This document shows positions 47,016-59,362 of a DNA stretch of 64,000 bases, one piece after another. The DNA lies in NCBI GenBank assembly GCA_049999805.1, contig JBNGIO010006348.1, positions 522,452 to 586,451 of the forward strand. The letters are read 5' to 3'. The stretch is from Folioceros fuciformis. Lineage: Eukaryota. Numbering within the stretch: position 1 is the first letter of the stretch; each line of letters opens with the position of its first letter. Position numbers and translations under genes: made by a program. A model generated the notes under the pieces. It did no database searches. It was given only the letters and a program-made list of their open reading frames with translations, and was not told where the DNA came from.

Positions 47016-47860
47016 TGTTTATGAACTTGTTCCTGTGGGTTGAAGGTACCAAGGGATTTTTTTACAAACAAAAATGAACCCTCAAAAGAAAAGAAGAAAA
47101 GAAGAAAAGAAAGAGAAAATGAACAACCAAAAAGAAACAAAAGAGAATAGAAAACAAGGAACGAAAAAAAAAAACAAAAACAAAGCAAAAACCATGGGAT
47201 TAAAGGAAACAAAGAACCAAAACATAAGAAGGGAAAGACAAGAGAAAGGGGAACAATGGAAGAGAGTCGGAAAAATCAAAACGTACCTCAAGGACACAAT
47301 GTAGAATTCACAATTTTGGGTCACGGGTCACCGGCAACGGGTTTGGCTTAGTTAGTTTGAACGCACTTGTTGCAAACTTGTTTTAGGAAAGATAGATAGA
47401 CCTTTCATGAGTGTAGTTTAAGTTAAAGGAGGATAGCGGGAGGGGGTGGACAAGGATGTTAGCAATCTTACGAAGAAGGAAACAAGCCAAAATGGCTCCG
47501 TGAGTGGGAGAGTAGGTCCAAGATAGCAATAGGATGCAAGTACCTACCACATTTATTGTAGGTTAGTTTAGTTTAAACTAGGTTATTTTAGTTTAGTTTA
47601 GGGTTTACCAAGGTAGGGATAGAGTGTATGATGGGGTAGTTGCTAATGCTTGTCGTAATTAGGGCGGTCATATGATGCTTAATATGCTATGGAAGGTGTC
47701 GTGCTCTAAGAGATCTTGCCTTTCAACATACGAAGGTCTTCAAGCCTAAGACTGTTTAAACTTAGCATATATTTTATATGTGCTTAGCATGAACTCATGT
47801 ATATATGGGGTGGCCGGCCCCTATATTGATTTACGCGTATATTCTTGCAACAGTGCACAT

Positions 47861-48157
47861 AGATGCCTCCCCTTGGGTGCTTCCTCCCCATCGTGCACAC
47901 GAAGGCTATTGGTCATCTTCCACTCTTTGGTGGCTCACTTCGCACGAGATCGACGAAAGGAGCAACTTCTTTGCCCCCCCTCCCTCGATGCGAGTGGGTG
48001 ATCACAGCTCACAGTACACAGATGCCTCCCCTTGGGTGCTTCCTCCCCATCTTGCACACCAAGGCTATTGGTCATCTTTCCACTCTTTGTTGGCTCACTT
48101 CACACGAGATGGATGAAAGGAGCAGCTTCTTTGCTCCCCCTCCCTCGATGCGAGTGG
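47861..48157. repeat. ~159-bp tandem duplication
   Basis: agatgcctccccttgggtgc...ccctcgatgcgagtgg starts at 47861 and again at 48020. Confidence 0.9.
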
Positions 48158-50109
48158 AACATAACATATTCTAGGGTCATCACCTGACAAGTTTCGTGAC
48201 GTCAATCCGACTACCTCATGTATCACGTCATTGCAACCCTCTCACGTGTAATGGAACATGAAGCTGCAAATTCGTGACGCAAAAGCTTTGATTCAATTGT
48301 TGAGTCCGCTACAAGCTTCATGATCAGGCTGCGCTGTCAAGATGTGCTGATTGTCAATTGACTTTGAGCTTTTTAAGCGAACTATGAAAAGAATGCTCAT
48401 TCATTCTTCCCAAACCCCTATATACTTGCAACATTTCGTTGCCAACTAAGTTGCCTGGGTGAGCATTCTCAACCGGTATAAACCGTTCATAAAGTTAACT
48501 ACCAAAATAACTGTGCCCGCCAGCTGTCCTTTCGCGATAACTTTTTAGGTACTGGCTGCCTCTTTGGTCAAAACGCAACGGCTTTATCTTCACTACGCAC
48601 TTGTTCGCCATGAGTTGTCAACTTGCATGGTATCGATATGCAAAGCAAGTTCGCGCAAATGCAGCACTCTACTAGACTTTCTAAGTCATCACAAAGGCCA
48701 TGATAATTAGGATAAATAGGGAAATTAAGTACCTCATAGAAATTAAGATAAATGATCTATACATAAAAACAAAAGAAATCCCTACATAATATCTAATTTC
48801 TTTATTTATCATAATCGTATATTCAAAGTAACACACATAATAGTCAAATATTTTCAGCCAATAAAACATGGGTGGGGAATAAAGAGGAATACTTTTCAAA
48901 GTAAAGCATGCCTCGAGACTCACTCGAGGTAGTAGTTATGGACCATAAGAATGTCGTACTTAAATGCTCTACATGCACCATGGCATGCCTACTAGAAGTC
49001 TAATCTACTTCTCGTGGAGCCCCACTTCTTGTGGTGCAACATGTACGTTAGTTACTTAGTTTACACAAATTTGTTTGTAAGGGACTATCAAGTGAGGTAG
49101 CAAATTGTACAAGTTTGCTAGGTTCACCCTCATCTCGAACGAGTTTGAATCTCTCGGGCAGCGTTGAAGGCACTTACAAAGCGCGCATAGCTTTTGGCAT
49201 TTTGACACTTCATAAGCGGTCGATGTAAGTATGCGTTACCTGAATCTCACCGCAGCAAATGAACAAGGACCCGCATCACCAATCTAGACGCTCGTCGTGT
49301 TGTGGCTTGTATCCTCTCCTCCCTTTCCCTATCACGCTTGCGTGTGCACACAAGCCGTTTGGTGAGTAGGCGAATTTATTTCTACGAGTTTGGAACCAAA
49401 AGCCCTCTTGTGTAAAGGTGAATGTTACCTAGGCTTGGAGAACATGAACATGAAACCATTGTAGCAGCGAATCCACCAAAGCATAAAAACAAGAACGTTT
49501 TAGAAAATGGTAGCAAACAATGTGCGAAGCGCCTACATCATTGTTGGTACGGCATGGACAACAATATGTAACACATTGCAGAACCAAAAAATGTGGTAGC
49601 AACGCTCCTAATTCTTGGTCACCACCTCCTCCTACCGCTACTCTTGGTGGTGCTGTTGTTGCTCTTGGTTCGACTCTTGGTCGACGGATCCGGAGGATGA
49701 TGGAACGAGGGTACAAAGAGTGAGTTGCGTTTCAAGAGTTGAGCGAGGTCGGCAAACTCAACACCACACTTTTGTTTTGGATGGTGCTCCAACTAGGTGG
49801 GGTGAGAAGGGATGTCCTACTACAACTAGGCTTTCACGTGCTTGTGACCGTTGATGAGTTGCACTCCTATTGTAGAGTGCCCAACCATGTGGTGCGTGTA
49901 GGGGGTGTGCAACAGGCCAGGCAAGGAGAAGAAGGCCCTTGCCATGTCCTTGCAATCACCTCCAACCATTGTTCGTAAACGTCCAACGTATTTTTTTGGA
50001 AACATGGAAGAAATTACCATGAAAATAGAACAATAAATTAATAATGATAATAATTCAATGATGCATAAAAATACTTGATTCTGCTCAACGGGAACCGTCT
50101 CTTGTTTAC

Positions 50110-50314
50110 ATAGAAATGTGCGCTTAGGATTGCTTTTTTGCCTCCGCCTTCGTCTTCATCTCATCTTGGAGAAGTGAGAGAAAGTTATCTCTTAATTCTC
50201 TCATGACCTTTGTTTCCACTTCCATTTTCATACCATATCGAACTTCTTCAAAAGTGAATTCGCTAGCTGCATAAACAGCTCCACCCACAATGTCACGTAT
50301 ACAATACTTTCTTG
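50110..50314 (-). pseudogene. 3' fragment of the TFIIB-like gene, apparently identical to 46270-46474
   Basis: 205-bp direct repeat at an offset of 3840 bp, abutting a Copia remnant. Confidence 0.9.
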
Positions 50315-51778
50315 CTAATTGTCTTGCTGATTCTGCGTGTTCCGAGCATCACCCCGTTCTCGGAATGAGCCACGATCTCTGTGGCCTCTCCCACGCTGGT
50401 TCGAAAAGAAAACAGTGTCTCTCCCTTGAGACATACCTGAACCAGTGTTTAGACCAAGCTTAACTTCTCATGGAGCAACAAAGCAACCAATTCATCCCAA
50501 CTTGGGGACTCAGCTCTCACAGAGATTGATGTGTCAAAGGACTTGTTCCTTGAGGACTTCGTTCAGAGTAGCTGCAACCATGTCATCTTCCGTCACACTT
50601 GCACCGATTGTAGCAAGCTGATCAGTTATGGTCTTCACCTCTGTTGTATACACGAGCATGGTTGTGGTACCTCGTGACAAGTTGTTGAATTGCTGCTTCA
50701 ACTAGATTTTCCTAGCATGTGTGACATTCCCATAGTTCCTCATGAGTATGTCCCATGCATCTTTCGGAGACTCACATCCCGTGATCTGTATGACCATAGC
50801 ATCTCAAATACTTAAGGAGAGCTAGTGTAACACTTTACATGCTCTCTTAGTCCAATGCTTGTGAGCAGTCTTTTGCTCCTGTGATGGAGTACGATCCATC
50901 TCCGATTCACTCTCATCACCTATGTAGAGGTCCCAATAGCGTCTACCTACCAAGAAGTTCTTCATCCTGAACTTCCACAAAGCAAAATTCTTGTTATCCA
51001 ACTTCTCTCCCACAACCTGAGAGATATTGTTTGATCCCTGCACATTAACCATGATTCAGGGTCCTTTACACGCCAACATTGTCCTGCACCTTAGGTCAGT
51101 TGCCTTCTCTTGCTTGCTGTGCCACCAAGTCCCTTGAGGACAGATTGTCAAAACAATTTCATGCGTCTTCCAACAAATGTTTTTGACAATCTTGAGTGCA
51201 ACTTCTTGCACTGCTGTAGAGCTCCAACACTCCACAAGCCTCAATCAGATCTCAACAATTCCTGAATGTGCAGCTGACTCTTCGCTAAGCAAAAATAGCC
51301 TTTGCTCAAGCTTTCAAAAAACAAAAAAAACAAAATACTGTTTGCCAAGTTCAGGCCTTCCTCCTCGCAAATCCTGGGCCTGCTGTGGCTTCCACGGCCT
51401 GGTTGCCTCCAGCAGTTGCTGCTCCTCCTGAGTCTCTTTCCCTCTCGCACCTCTCGCGCCCTCTTGCGCCTGTGGCGCCTCTTACGGCTTCCTATGCCTA
51501 CGCCGTTGTGCCTCCTGTGCCTCTCAATGGCTTGCATTGCCAGCCACCTTCACGGTCACAGCCATAGCCTCAAACCCCTGCCATAGCCACCATGGCTGCC
51601 GGCGCTCTCTTTGGCTCTGATACCATATTGAAATAGCACTACTAGCTTAGATGGACTCCACAGTACATTCCTTATGGTGCACAGGGTGCTACATATATAG
51701 CCTTTGGGTGGGGCAACCCTTGAGGCCTTAGTCTTGAGGGTGCAATATCTTGGTATATCCTGATATATCCTGATAACA
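50315..51778 (-). mobile_element. Ty1/Copia remnant: putative LTR, tRNA-Met PBS and decayed gag
   Basis: PBS TGGTATCAGAGCCAA (reverse complement of 51611-51625). Candidate short LTR at 51629-51778 (TG...CA). Gag-like EKLDNKNFALWKFRMKNFL and CESPKDAWDIL with premature stops. Confidence 0.85.
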
Positions 51779-51866
51779 CTTAGGTGGTAGATAACTACGA
51801 GTTCAATATGGGATAATCTACATTATCCTAAGTGTTGTATGCTCTTAATAACAATTCAGATAGAGC

Positions 51867-52540
51867 TTGATTTCTAACAAGTCCGCTATTGACGCCTGGG
51901 TACGGCAAGACAGACAGGCTATGCATATGCTAATCTTCGGATTAGACGAGGTTACCTTACACCATACTGATGGTGCCATAACCTCTGCTGAAGCTTGGAA
52001 GCAACTCATAGATATCTATCAATCTACTAATGTGATGACTCTTGTTACGGTACGTTTGGAGTTCTACTCATTACGTATGCAACCTAACGACATTGTTGCT
52101 CAGCACATAAGCAAGTTTAGGTATCTGCGCGCTCAACTTGCAGCACTTGGAATGGTAATCTCCGAATTTGATGCTGCGGTCCAGCTCTTAGCTAGCCTCC
52201 CGGCTAGTTATCAAACCTTTGTCTCATCCCAGAATCAGATGGTGAGAAATGCTCACCAAGCTGTTAGGTCGGGCCAAGTCCCGAATATAATTGTGTCAGA
52301 GATTGCTGGAGCTCTCTTGCAAGAGGAGGCTGCCAGGTTCAATGTTGGCACATCTTAATACGGGGGAGAAAGGGTCATGTTCGTGACCAACGATAGGTCA
52401 TAATAGAATAAGAACAGGAGCTCTCAGGGATCTTCGGGTTCTTCCAAGTCTCCTAAGCGAGAGGGGACATGTCATTGGTGCCAAATGACTAGCCATTGGG
52501 AGAGAGAGTGTCGGAAGAAACAGGCTGGTGAGGCCCGCTA
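51867..52540 (+). mobile_element. Second Ty1/Copia gag remnant
   Basis: DRQAMHML..TSAEAWKQL..LEFYSLRM..LLASLPASYQTFV, then a zinc knuckle CHWCQMTSHWEREC after stop codons. Confidence 0.8.
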
Positions 52541-54326
52541 GGAGCTAAGGATGGAGAATGCTGCCATCATCTCCAAGGCCAAGACCCAATATCTCGATCA
52601 ACCCGACCTCGTGCTCTAACTGTGTGTTTGGTGGTTTTTATCTACAGGATCTGTGGCTAATTGCTTTTGTGGCGTTAGTGCACGACTGTAGCCACAAACA
52701 CATGTTCACATCATGGCGAAAGATATCGTCTTCGTATGACAAGTCTTGCAAGACAACACGTTCCGCTTGATTTCGGCCAGGGAGATTGTCTTCTCTACCC
52801 AATCTTGCATGCGGTCGTCCACGTCATGCCTTGTACATTTCGTGGGCAGATCTATTCTTACATTTGTTGCCTCACTAATCTCGTGGCATCAATCTTGATA
52901 GATGGTCCATTTAGAGGGGGATCGTACAGTGGCGATGCTCTTCTCATACTTCCATGTTCTGGATGCTAGTTGCACTGCTCTTTATAATTGGCTTCTTCAA
53001 CTCAAGCGTTTCCAATGTTCATAGTTTACGCTCGAGAGGGAGAAGATGAACAAGCTATGGCGAGGAGTACCAGTGAACTTAATATCAGAATCATGGTGCT
53101 CCGTTACATTGGTGTGGTGCATGGCATTCCCAAGGCACCTATGGAATAGAAAAAAAAGGAGTTCAACAAGCCGACTTCACTACCTCTAAAGACATGCAGA
53201 TTATCTTTGTTGCAAAGGGAGTTCTACTTATGCTTTCAAAGGGTTACAATCCTGAAGCAGCTAAGTAGAGTTGTTGGCAATTGGTGATGAATATGATTAT
53301 TTGGCTTTCTTAGAAAAGTGGTCATTGGAATGGTAGATTGTAGATACTGTATGATGCTGTACGATTTAGGTCGCTCATTTGGTGGGGCTATCCGTTTTTG
53401 TTCCGTCACTAGGAGTTGTAAGATGTTGCAGAAAGCTTACTCTTTTCTGGTCACAAGAATGGTGTTTTTCTCCACGAGTTGCTGTACGCTACAAGCTCAT
53501 TGTGAGGCAGTTTGACCGACTCTAGGTAATAGCCGAATTGAGCAAGGCTGGAAACTTGACTACAACAAGAGTGATCTCCTTTTGTTTAATGGAGCTCTTA
53601 GATAACAGCAACCCGCAACGTGTCTGAGAGGGAGAGTTAGAAGAAAAAGCAAACCACATTGGTTAGTCTAACTAGGCCTTGGCTTTAAATGTAGTTAGTT
53701 AACTAGCAAGCTAGTGAAAGGACACAATCCTTCGTAACCCTTTACAAGCGCACCTATGAACCTAAACCTTAGTTGATTGTTTATTCTTCTTAGTAAAGCA
53801 TCTGCTTGATACAAGATGCTTCCGCATGGCATTTCTAACTTAAAGGCGCCACACAACTACAAAAGGAGAGAGAGCAGGCCAAAGGTTGGACCAAATCAAG
53901 GTGAAACCTGATCATAGTAGAGAAAGTGGTTGGTGCGATTCAGAAAGCCTAGATGCTAGGTTGAGCCAAGAGCCAAGAGCTTGTGCCCTTTCCTGAGCAT
54001 GAATAAAGTCGTGCCCAAACGAGCTTGGGGATAGAAGAATCCCGAAGAATATTAAGCTACAGCTGCTCGTAATCCTCCTCAAGAAGAGAATCTTGGAGTT
54101 AGAAGCTCATGGAGTTTGTGCAATACATCCGAACTAGAACTTAAGAGAATTAGGATGCAACGCATCTAAACTAGAAATTAAGAGAATTGCATCCCAAGTA
54201 TCTAGGATAATACTATGATCGAGATCATGTTTATCCTCATCGACATATAGTAATGTTTGAAGACTATATATGTATGCATGGACCATGAGTAGTATGCATG
54301 GACCATGAGTAGCGAACCATAGACTT

Positions 54327-54512
54327 GAACTTAGGATCCGCTGTTTTCCAACATATTGAGTAGTGGACCAGAGATTGAACTTATGATCCGCTGTTTTCCA
54401 ACAGATTGAGTAGTGGACCAGAGATTGAACTTATGATCCGTTATTTTCTAACAGGTTGAGTAGTGTGGACAAGAGATTGAACTTGGGATCCGCTGTTTTC
54501 TAACAGATTGAG
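54327..54512. repeat. 50-bp tandem repeat, ~4 copies, immediately upstream of the EDM2-like ATG
   Basis: gaactt.gatccg starts at 54327, 54377, 54427 and 54479. Confidence 0.9.
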
Positions 54513-54532
54513 CCGGGGAAAAGAAAATCAGA

Positions 54533-55855
54533 ATGGCCTCCAGCAGCCGCAGCGGTGGCAGCGTCGCGGAAGACAACAGCAGAGCGCTCCCGGAGGCTAC
54601 CAGCACGGTCCCCGACAGCAGCGAGGTGGACGAGACGGAGGACCTCTGCTGCATGTGCCACAACGGAGGGTCTCTCATCTCGTGTGATGGCCCCTGCCGA
54701 CGGGCCTTCCACGCTAACACGGATGAGATGGGAGTACTAGACAATTGCAACACGTTGGACATATCTGACGAGGAGTTCGAATTCTATTGCAACTCTAGCG
54801 ATTCCTTTTTTTGCAATAATTGCAGATACGGCAAGATGCAATGCCACAGGTGCAAGGGTCTCGGGTCATGGAACACTTCTGACAAGGGGCGGAAAGAATG
54901 TAAGCCACAAGTAAGCGCCGGATTTGAAGGCTGGAAAATTGCTTGTAGCTGAAGGTTGGAGCAACGTTGCCTGAAACTGGAAGAACTATTCGTTTCCTCT
55001 GCTGTAGGAGGTTTTCCGTTGCGTTGTGCCGGGCTGCAATAAGTTCTACCACCGGCGCTGTTCTCCGGCACGCTGCAGGAGACATAAGTGCGCTGCTTGC
55101 GATGTCGAGACTAAGGATGAGAGCAATCCTCTTGTTCCCTGCCGGCTGTGCGACACGGCTTGGCACAAAGAGTGCCTGGATCCGTAGGTGTTTCGTATCC
55201 TGGTTTACTGACTTCCTTTGCTTGCGCACAGGATTTTGAATGCCCGGCAGCTGCATCCTGCATTTGCTGCTGCAGGATCAGGCTGCAGTTATGGTGCGAA
55301 GAGTTCTCATCCAACCTGCTCTCCCTCTTTGCAGTGATATCAATTTCGACGAAGATTCCAAGAACCAGCGCGGATGGAAGATCATGGACCAGGATGACAA
55401 GAAAATATTACACATGTTTATCTTCTGCCGGTAAGCAATGCTTGCAATGGTGAAATCTCGCATGCAGTTTCCTCTTCCTCCGCGTTTGATTCTTGCAACT
55501 TCGCTGCTGCAGAGACCACCAGGCCAAATCCAGCACGGCCAAGTTCAATCCTTCGGACCTGATAGTTTTCCCTCCCGAGCACCCTCGTGAGAAAGCCGCT
55601 AGGAGATTGCGGATTCGTGAGAAGGTGTGGGAATGCGCAGTGTGCGGCAAAGTCGGTTCCCTGACGCTGCAAAACGAGTCTCAGGATTCAGTGCTCGCCG
55701 TGTGCAACATATGCCAAGGGGAATACCTGGTGAAAACCTCCGAATGCGACCAAGGACTGCGGTCGCACCCGAGAAACGCGAGGTTCGGCGGCCGCGTGAT
55801 TATCTTTGAGCGCGGGCCCTTGGCCTTACGCCCCGGTGGAACGTCTGGTTCATAG
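54533..55855 (+). CDS. EDM2-like composite PHD-finger protein, short form with C-terminal C4 Zn motif, 4 exons
   Basis: CCMCHNGGSLISCDGPCRRAFH, FFCNNCRYGKMQCHRCKGLGS, EVFRC..CNKFYH..C, HKC..C, CRLCDTAWHKECL, INFDE..RGW..IFCRDH..DLIVFP. Exons approx 54533-54910, 55008-55183, 55335-55430, 55513-55855. Confidence 0.8.
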
Positions 55856-56205
55856 AGAAACCCATGATGGCGTTGCGAGCTGAGTAGAGATACATAGACA
55901 TACATATTTATGTCCATACGTGCCTGGCTTAAGCGAACGGACCATTGTCTACTGTGTTCCACTCTTTATGTTCGCTTCAATGCCCGGCACGATGATGTGT
56001 AATGCTTGTGGGATTGACCTACCAGCCTGCAGGACGGTGCAACAACAGGACGAAAGGCAGGATTCCTTACAACTATGCGGCTGTGCCGCTTCCTGTTACT
56101 TGTTCTCCGCTGTTGCTGCATTCGTGGGCTTATTCACGGCCATCCACAATGCATCGGCTGATTTAAATAAATGATTTCCTCCAAAATTTGCTGTTGCTGT
56201 GTCCG

Positions 56206-58704
56206 ATGGGGTCCGTCTCGGTACAGGGTGGATTGCACCTGCATGGCGGGACGGCTGGGGGAGAGAAATGCCTGTCGGTGAGGCTGGTTGTTCGGATGGC
56301 TTCCTTGCCTGGACCTCGCAAGGGCTTGGCGGCCAGAAATTCGTCTGGCTGGAAGGCGGTCACAGTGCGCCCTAGTTGGGTTGGATTCGGGGGGGAATGT
56401 AGGAAAGGGAGGGGACTGTGCACTGCGGCTGTTCTGCGGAATCCCCGAAGTCAGCAGGCAGGAGTGACGGTGGAGGCGAAGGAGGAATTGGAGGAGAGGC
56501 AGGAGGTGGTGAGGGATGGGGAGCAAACGATTATACCCAACATTTTGAGGATTCTTAGGCCTGGCAAGTGGGATTCCGAGGTGGAGAGGACCTTGGCGGA
56601 GCTGGACCCCGACTTGAAGCCCCACCATGTGCGGCTGGTGATGCAGAAGGTGCAGGATGTGGATACTGCGTGGGGATTCTTTAACTGGGCGGGGACATTG
56701 CCGGACTACCAGCACACGGAGAGCACGTATGAGCCCATGTTGAGGCACCTTGGCTACTGCCTGAGGTTTGAGGAGATTTGCGAGCTGCTCAAGGTGATGG
56801 ATCGGAAAGGGGAGGACGTGCAGAATTACATCTTCCGGATTGTGTTGAGATTCGACAGGGAGAAGAATCCTAGCGGGGCGTATAAGGCCTTTTTGGCCCT
56901 GACGGGTTGTGGCCTGCAGCCCAGCTCGGTGGTGTGCAATTTTTTGCTCGGCACTCTGTCCAGACACGGGCTGCATCAGGGGTGCATCGAGGTTTATCAC
57001 CACATGCTGGCGCGTGGCTTTGTTTTGGACCAGAGAGCGTACAACCGTCTCATCTACAGCTCCTACAAAGTGGGGTTTATGGATGAGGCGTACAAGCTGT
57101 ACTTGGAGATGCGGAGGCTGGGTCTGGCTGTTTCCAAGTGGACTTATGTTGCTCTAATCAATGGTCTTGTGAAGGCAGGTCTTGTCTCTGAAGGCTATGC
57201 GATCTTCAAAGAGATGGAGTTGCCTCCGAATCTCCTTGTTTTCAATGGGTTGATACACGGCCTGGGGAAGGCGGGGCAGTTCAATGAGGCGCTGAGGCTG
57301 TTCGGCACCATGGAGGAGTCTGGTGTTTTCCCTGATGTTATTACGTATTCTACGCTTATGGATCAGCTCTGCAAATCTGGGAAGATCGATGAGGCCTGCG
57401 AGCTCTTTGCCGATATGAGGCGGAAAGGGATTCCTCCCAATCTTTTCACGTACAATGTTATGATTGGAGGGCTGAACAAGGCTGGTCGCCTCCTGGAAGC
57501 CACAGGACATTTTGAAGACATGTGTAAGGCAGGTATCTCTCCTGATGTCATTACTTACAACTCCCTCATAGATGCAAATGGTAAAGCTGGTCAAATGTTT
57601 GAGGCCATAAAACTTTTTGTTGCGATGAGAAAATCTGGAGTCACTCCAGACATGGTCACGTACAACAGTGTCATAAGTGGATTTGCAAAAGCGGGGCAAT
57701 TGGAGCAGTCGTTTCAAACACTGGACATGATGCAGGAGAATGGAATTTACCCCAACGCCGTTACGTACAACATTCTAATCTCAGCGCTTGCTAGGACTGG
57801 ACAGGTAGACCAAGCGCAAGTTATATTGGATGCTATGGCAGAAGCAGGGGTTCAGCCAAATGTTATCACTTACACGGCCTTGATCGATGGCTTGGGTAAG
57901 GCTGGTCAGCCCTCGACTGCTCTGGAGGTTTTCAACAGTCTAAAGGACAAACCGATAGCCCCCAATGCAGTATGTTACAGTACAATCATTGGTGTGCTTT
58001 GCAAAGCAGGGCAGTATGAGGAGGCTCACAGCATTTTTGAAGACATGAACAAGAATGGAGTTGTGCCTGATGCGGTTGCGTTTGGGACACTCATTGTTGG
58101 TTTTGGTAAAGGCGGTCAAGTAGATAAGGCTTGTTCTCTGTTTGATGAAATGAGGCGAAGAGGTCTTGTTACAGGAGTATTTTCGTATAATGTACTCATT
58201 GGTGTGCTCAGCCGCGATGGGCAGATAGAGGAGGCTTTGAGCATTTTCAGGGATTTGGGTCAGCAAGGCTTACAACCAGATGCTATCACCTACAATACCC
58301 TGATAGATGGGCTTGGTAAGGTGGGGCGGTTAGACGAAGCTTGCAAGCTTTTGAACGAGATGAAGGAACAGAATATGTCAGGGGATGTGGTTTCGTACAG
58401 TTCTTTGATCGACAGTCTCGGCAAATTTGGCCAGATTGATAAGGCATACCAGTTGTTCAAGGATATGCAAGCCGAAGGTCTCAGCCCAAATGTGATAACG
58501 TTCTCGTCGCTGATAGATGCCTTTGCCAGGTCCGGACGATTGGATGAAGCTTGTGTTCTGTTTGAAGAGATGAAAGAGAAGGGGCTTCTTCCGAACGAGA
58601 TCACGTATGCCAACATCATCAACGGGTTTAACAAGGCTGGTCAAACAAGGAAAGCGAAGGAGTTCACAGAACGGGAAATGAACCAAGATGTTTTCTTCGT
58701 ATGA
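56206..58704 (+). CDS. P-class pentatricopeptide repeat protein, intronless, probable organellar targeting peptide
   Basis: Long array of 35-aa repeats (PDVITYNSLID..GKAG..EA..LF..M). First ATG at 56206. Confidence 0.95.
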   Translation: MGSVSVQGGLHLHGGTAGGEKCLSVRLVVRMASLPGPRKGLAARNSSGWKAVTVRPSWVGFGGECRKGRGLCTAAVLRNPRSQQAGVTVEAKEELEERQEVVRDGEQTIIPNILRILRPGKWDSEVERTLAELDPDLKPHHVRLVMQKVQDVDTAWGFFNWAGTLPDYQHTESTYEPMLRHLGYCLRFEEICELLKVMDRKGEDVQNYIFRIVLRFDREKNPSGAYKAFLALTGCGLQPSSVVCNFLLGTLSRHGLHQGCIEVYHHMLARGFVLDQRAYNRLIYSSYKVGFMDEAYKLYLEMRRLGLAVSKWTYVALINGLVKAGLVSEGYAIFKEMELPPNLLVFNGLIHGLGKAGQFNEALRLFGTMEESGVFPDVITYSTLMDQLCKSGKIDEACELFADMRRKGIPPNLFTYNVMIGGLNKAGRLLEATGHFEDMCKAGISPDVITYNSLIDANGKAGQMFEAIKLFVAMRKSGVTPDMVTYNSVISGFAKAGQLEQSFQTLDMMQENGIYPNAVTYNILISALARTGQVDQAQVILDAMAEAGVQPNVITYTALIDGLGKAGQPSTALEVFNSLKDKPIAPNAVCYSTIIGVLCKAGQYEEAHSIFEDMNKNGVVPDAVAFGTLIVGFGKGGQVDKACSLFDEMRRRGLVTGVFSYNVLIGVLSRDGQIEEALSIFRDLGQQGLQPDAITYNTLIDGLGKVGRLDEACKLLNEMKEQNMSGDVVSYSSLIDSLGKFGQIDKAYQLFKDMQAEGLSPNVITFSSLIDAFARSGRLDEACVLFEEMKEKGLLPNEITYANIINGFNKAGQTRKAKEFTEREMNQDVFFV

Positions 58705-59362
58705 GATACAGCTCCGCTAAACATGTGGATGCGGATGTGTGGGAGTGAGCTGTTGATGCTCCAGGGGGTCTCTGATGCTTACTGCTGCGCAAGGCTCTCG
58801 ATCACTGAACTAGAGTTTAGTCAGGTTGTCTTGCTAACTATCCCTCGGGCGGGGATCTTGTTCAGGGAAACCTGCATGGTATGTATATTAATCATCTCAT
58901 TGTAGGCACGTGCTCTCTCGAGCACCTGCGTGGAGTGGAACCTGGTGAATCTTAAATTCACTTTGTATCTTCTGTCGGGCTTTGAATGTGATCTACTACG
59001 AAGTAGCAGCTCACGTAGGGAGATACTCGAGGATGAGGCACACAGAGGCGATGACGAAGTTTTGTGATTTCGGGTGAAGTTGAGGATACTCTCGGCATGC
59101 ATCTGCTCTTAGAGAGTGTCGGCGTTATGTCCGAACCAACTCAAAGGTATGAAGTATCTGGTCAATGACGAAGTCTGAGCGTGAAGAGCGTCCGCTCACA
59201 TATTGGGTATTTCGTAGTCTGAAAAAAGTGTAACAGCCGGTGAACAGGCACTTCTGAGAGGCCATGTTAATCTGAATGGCTCGATTCCAGTGCAATCCAC
59301 ATGAACGCCAAACAGCGTCATTCCCAGGCCCTGACATCCCGAGGAAGTGTAACGTAGCTGTC

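Noticed and set aside
52560-54240. Possible LTR or other TE remnant
   Set aside because: No paired repeat, PBS or coding motif that I could support.
55195-55202. GTATCCTG as a possible U12 donor in the EDM2-like gene
   Set aside because: Using it would include an in-frame TAG. The upstream GTAGGT donor at 55184 gives a frame-preserving join.
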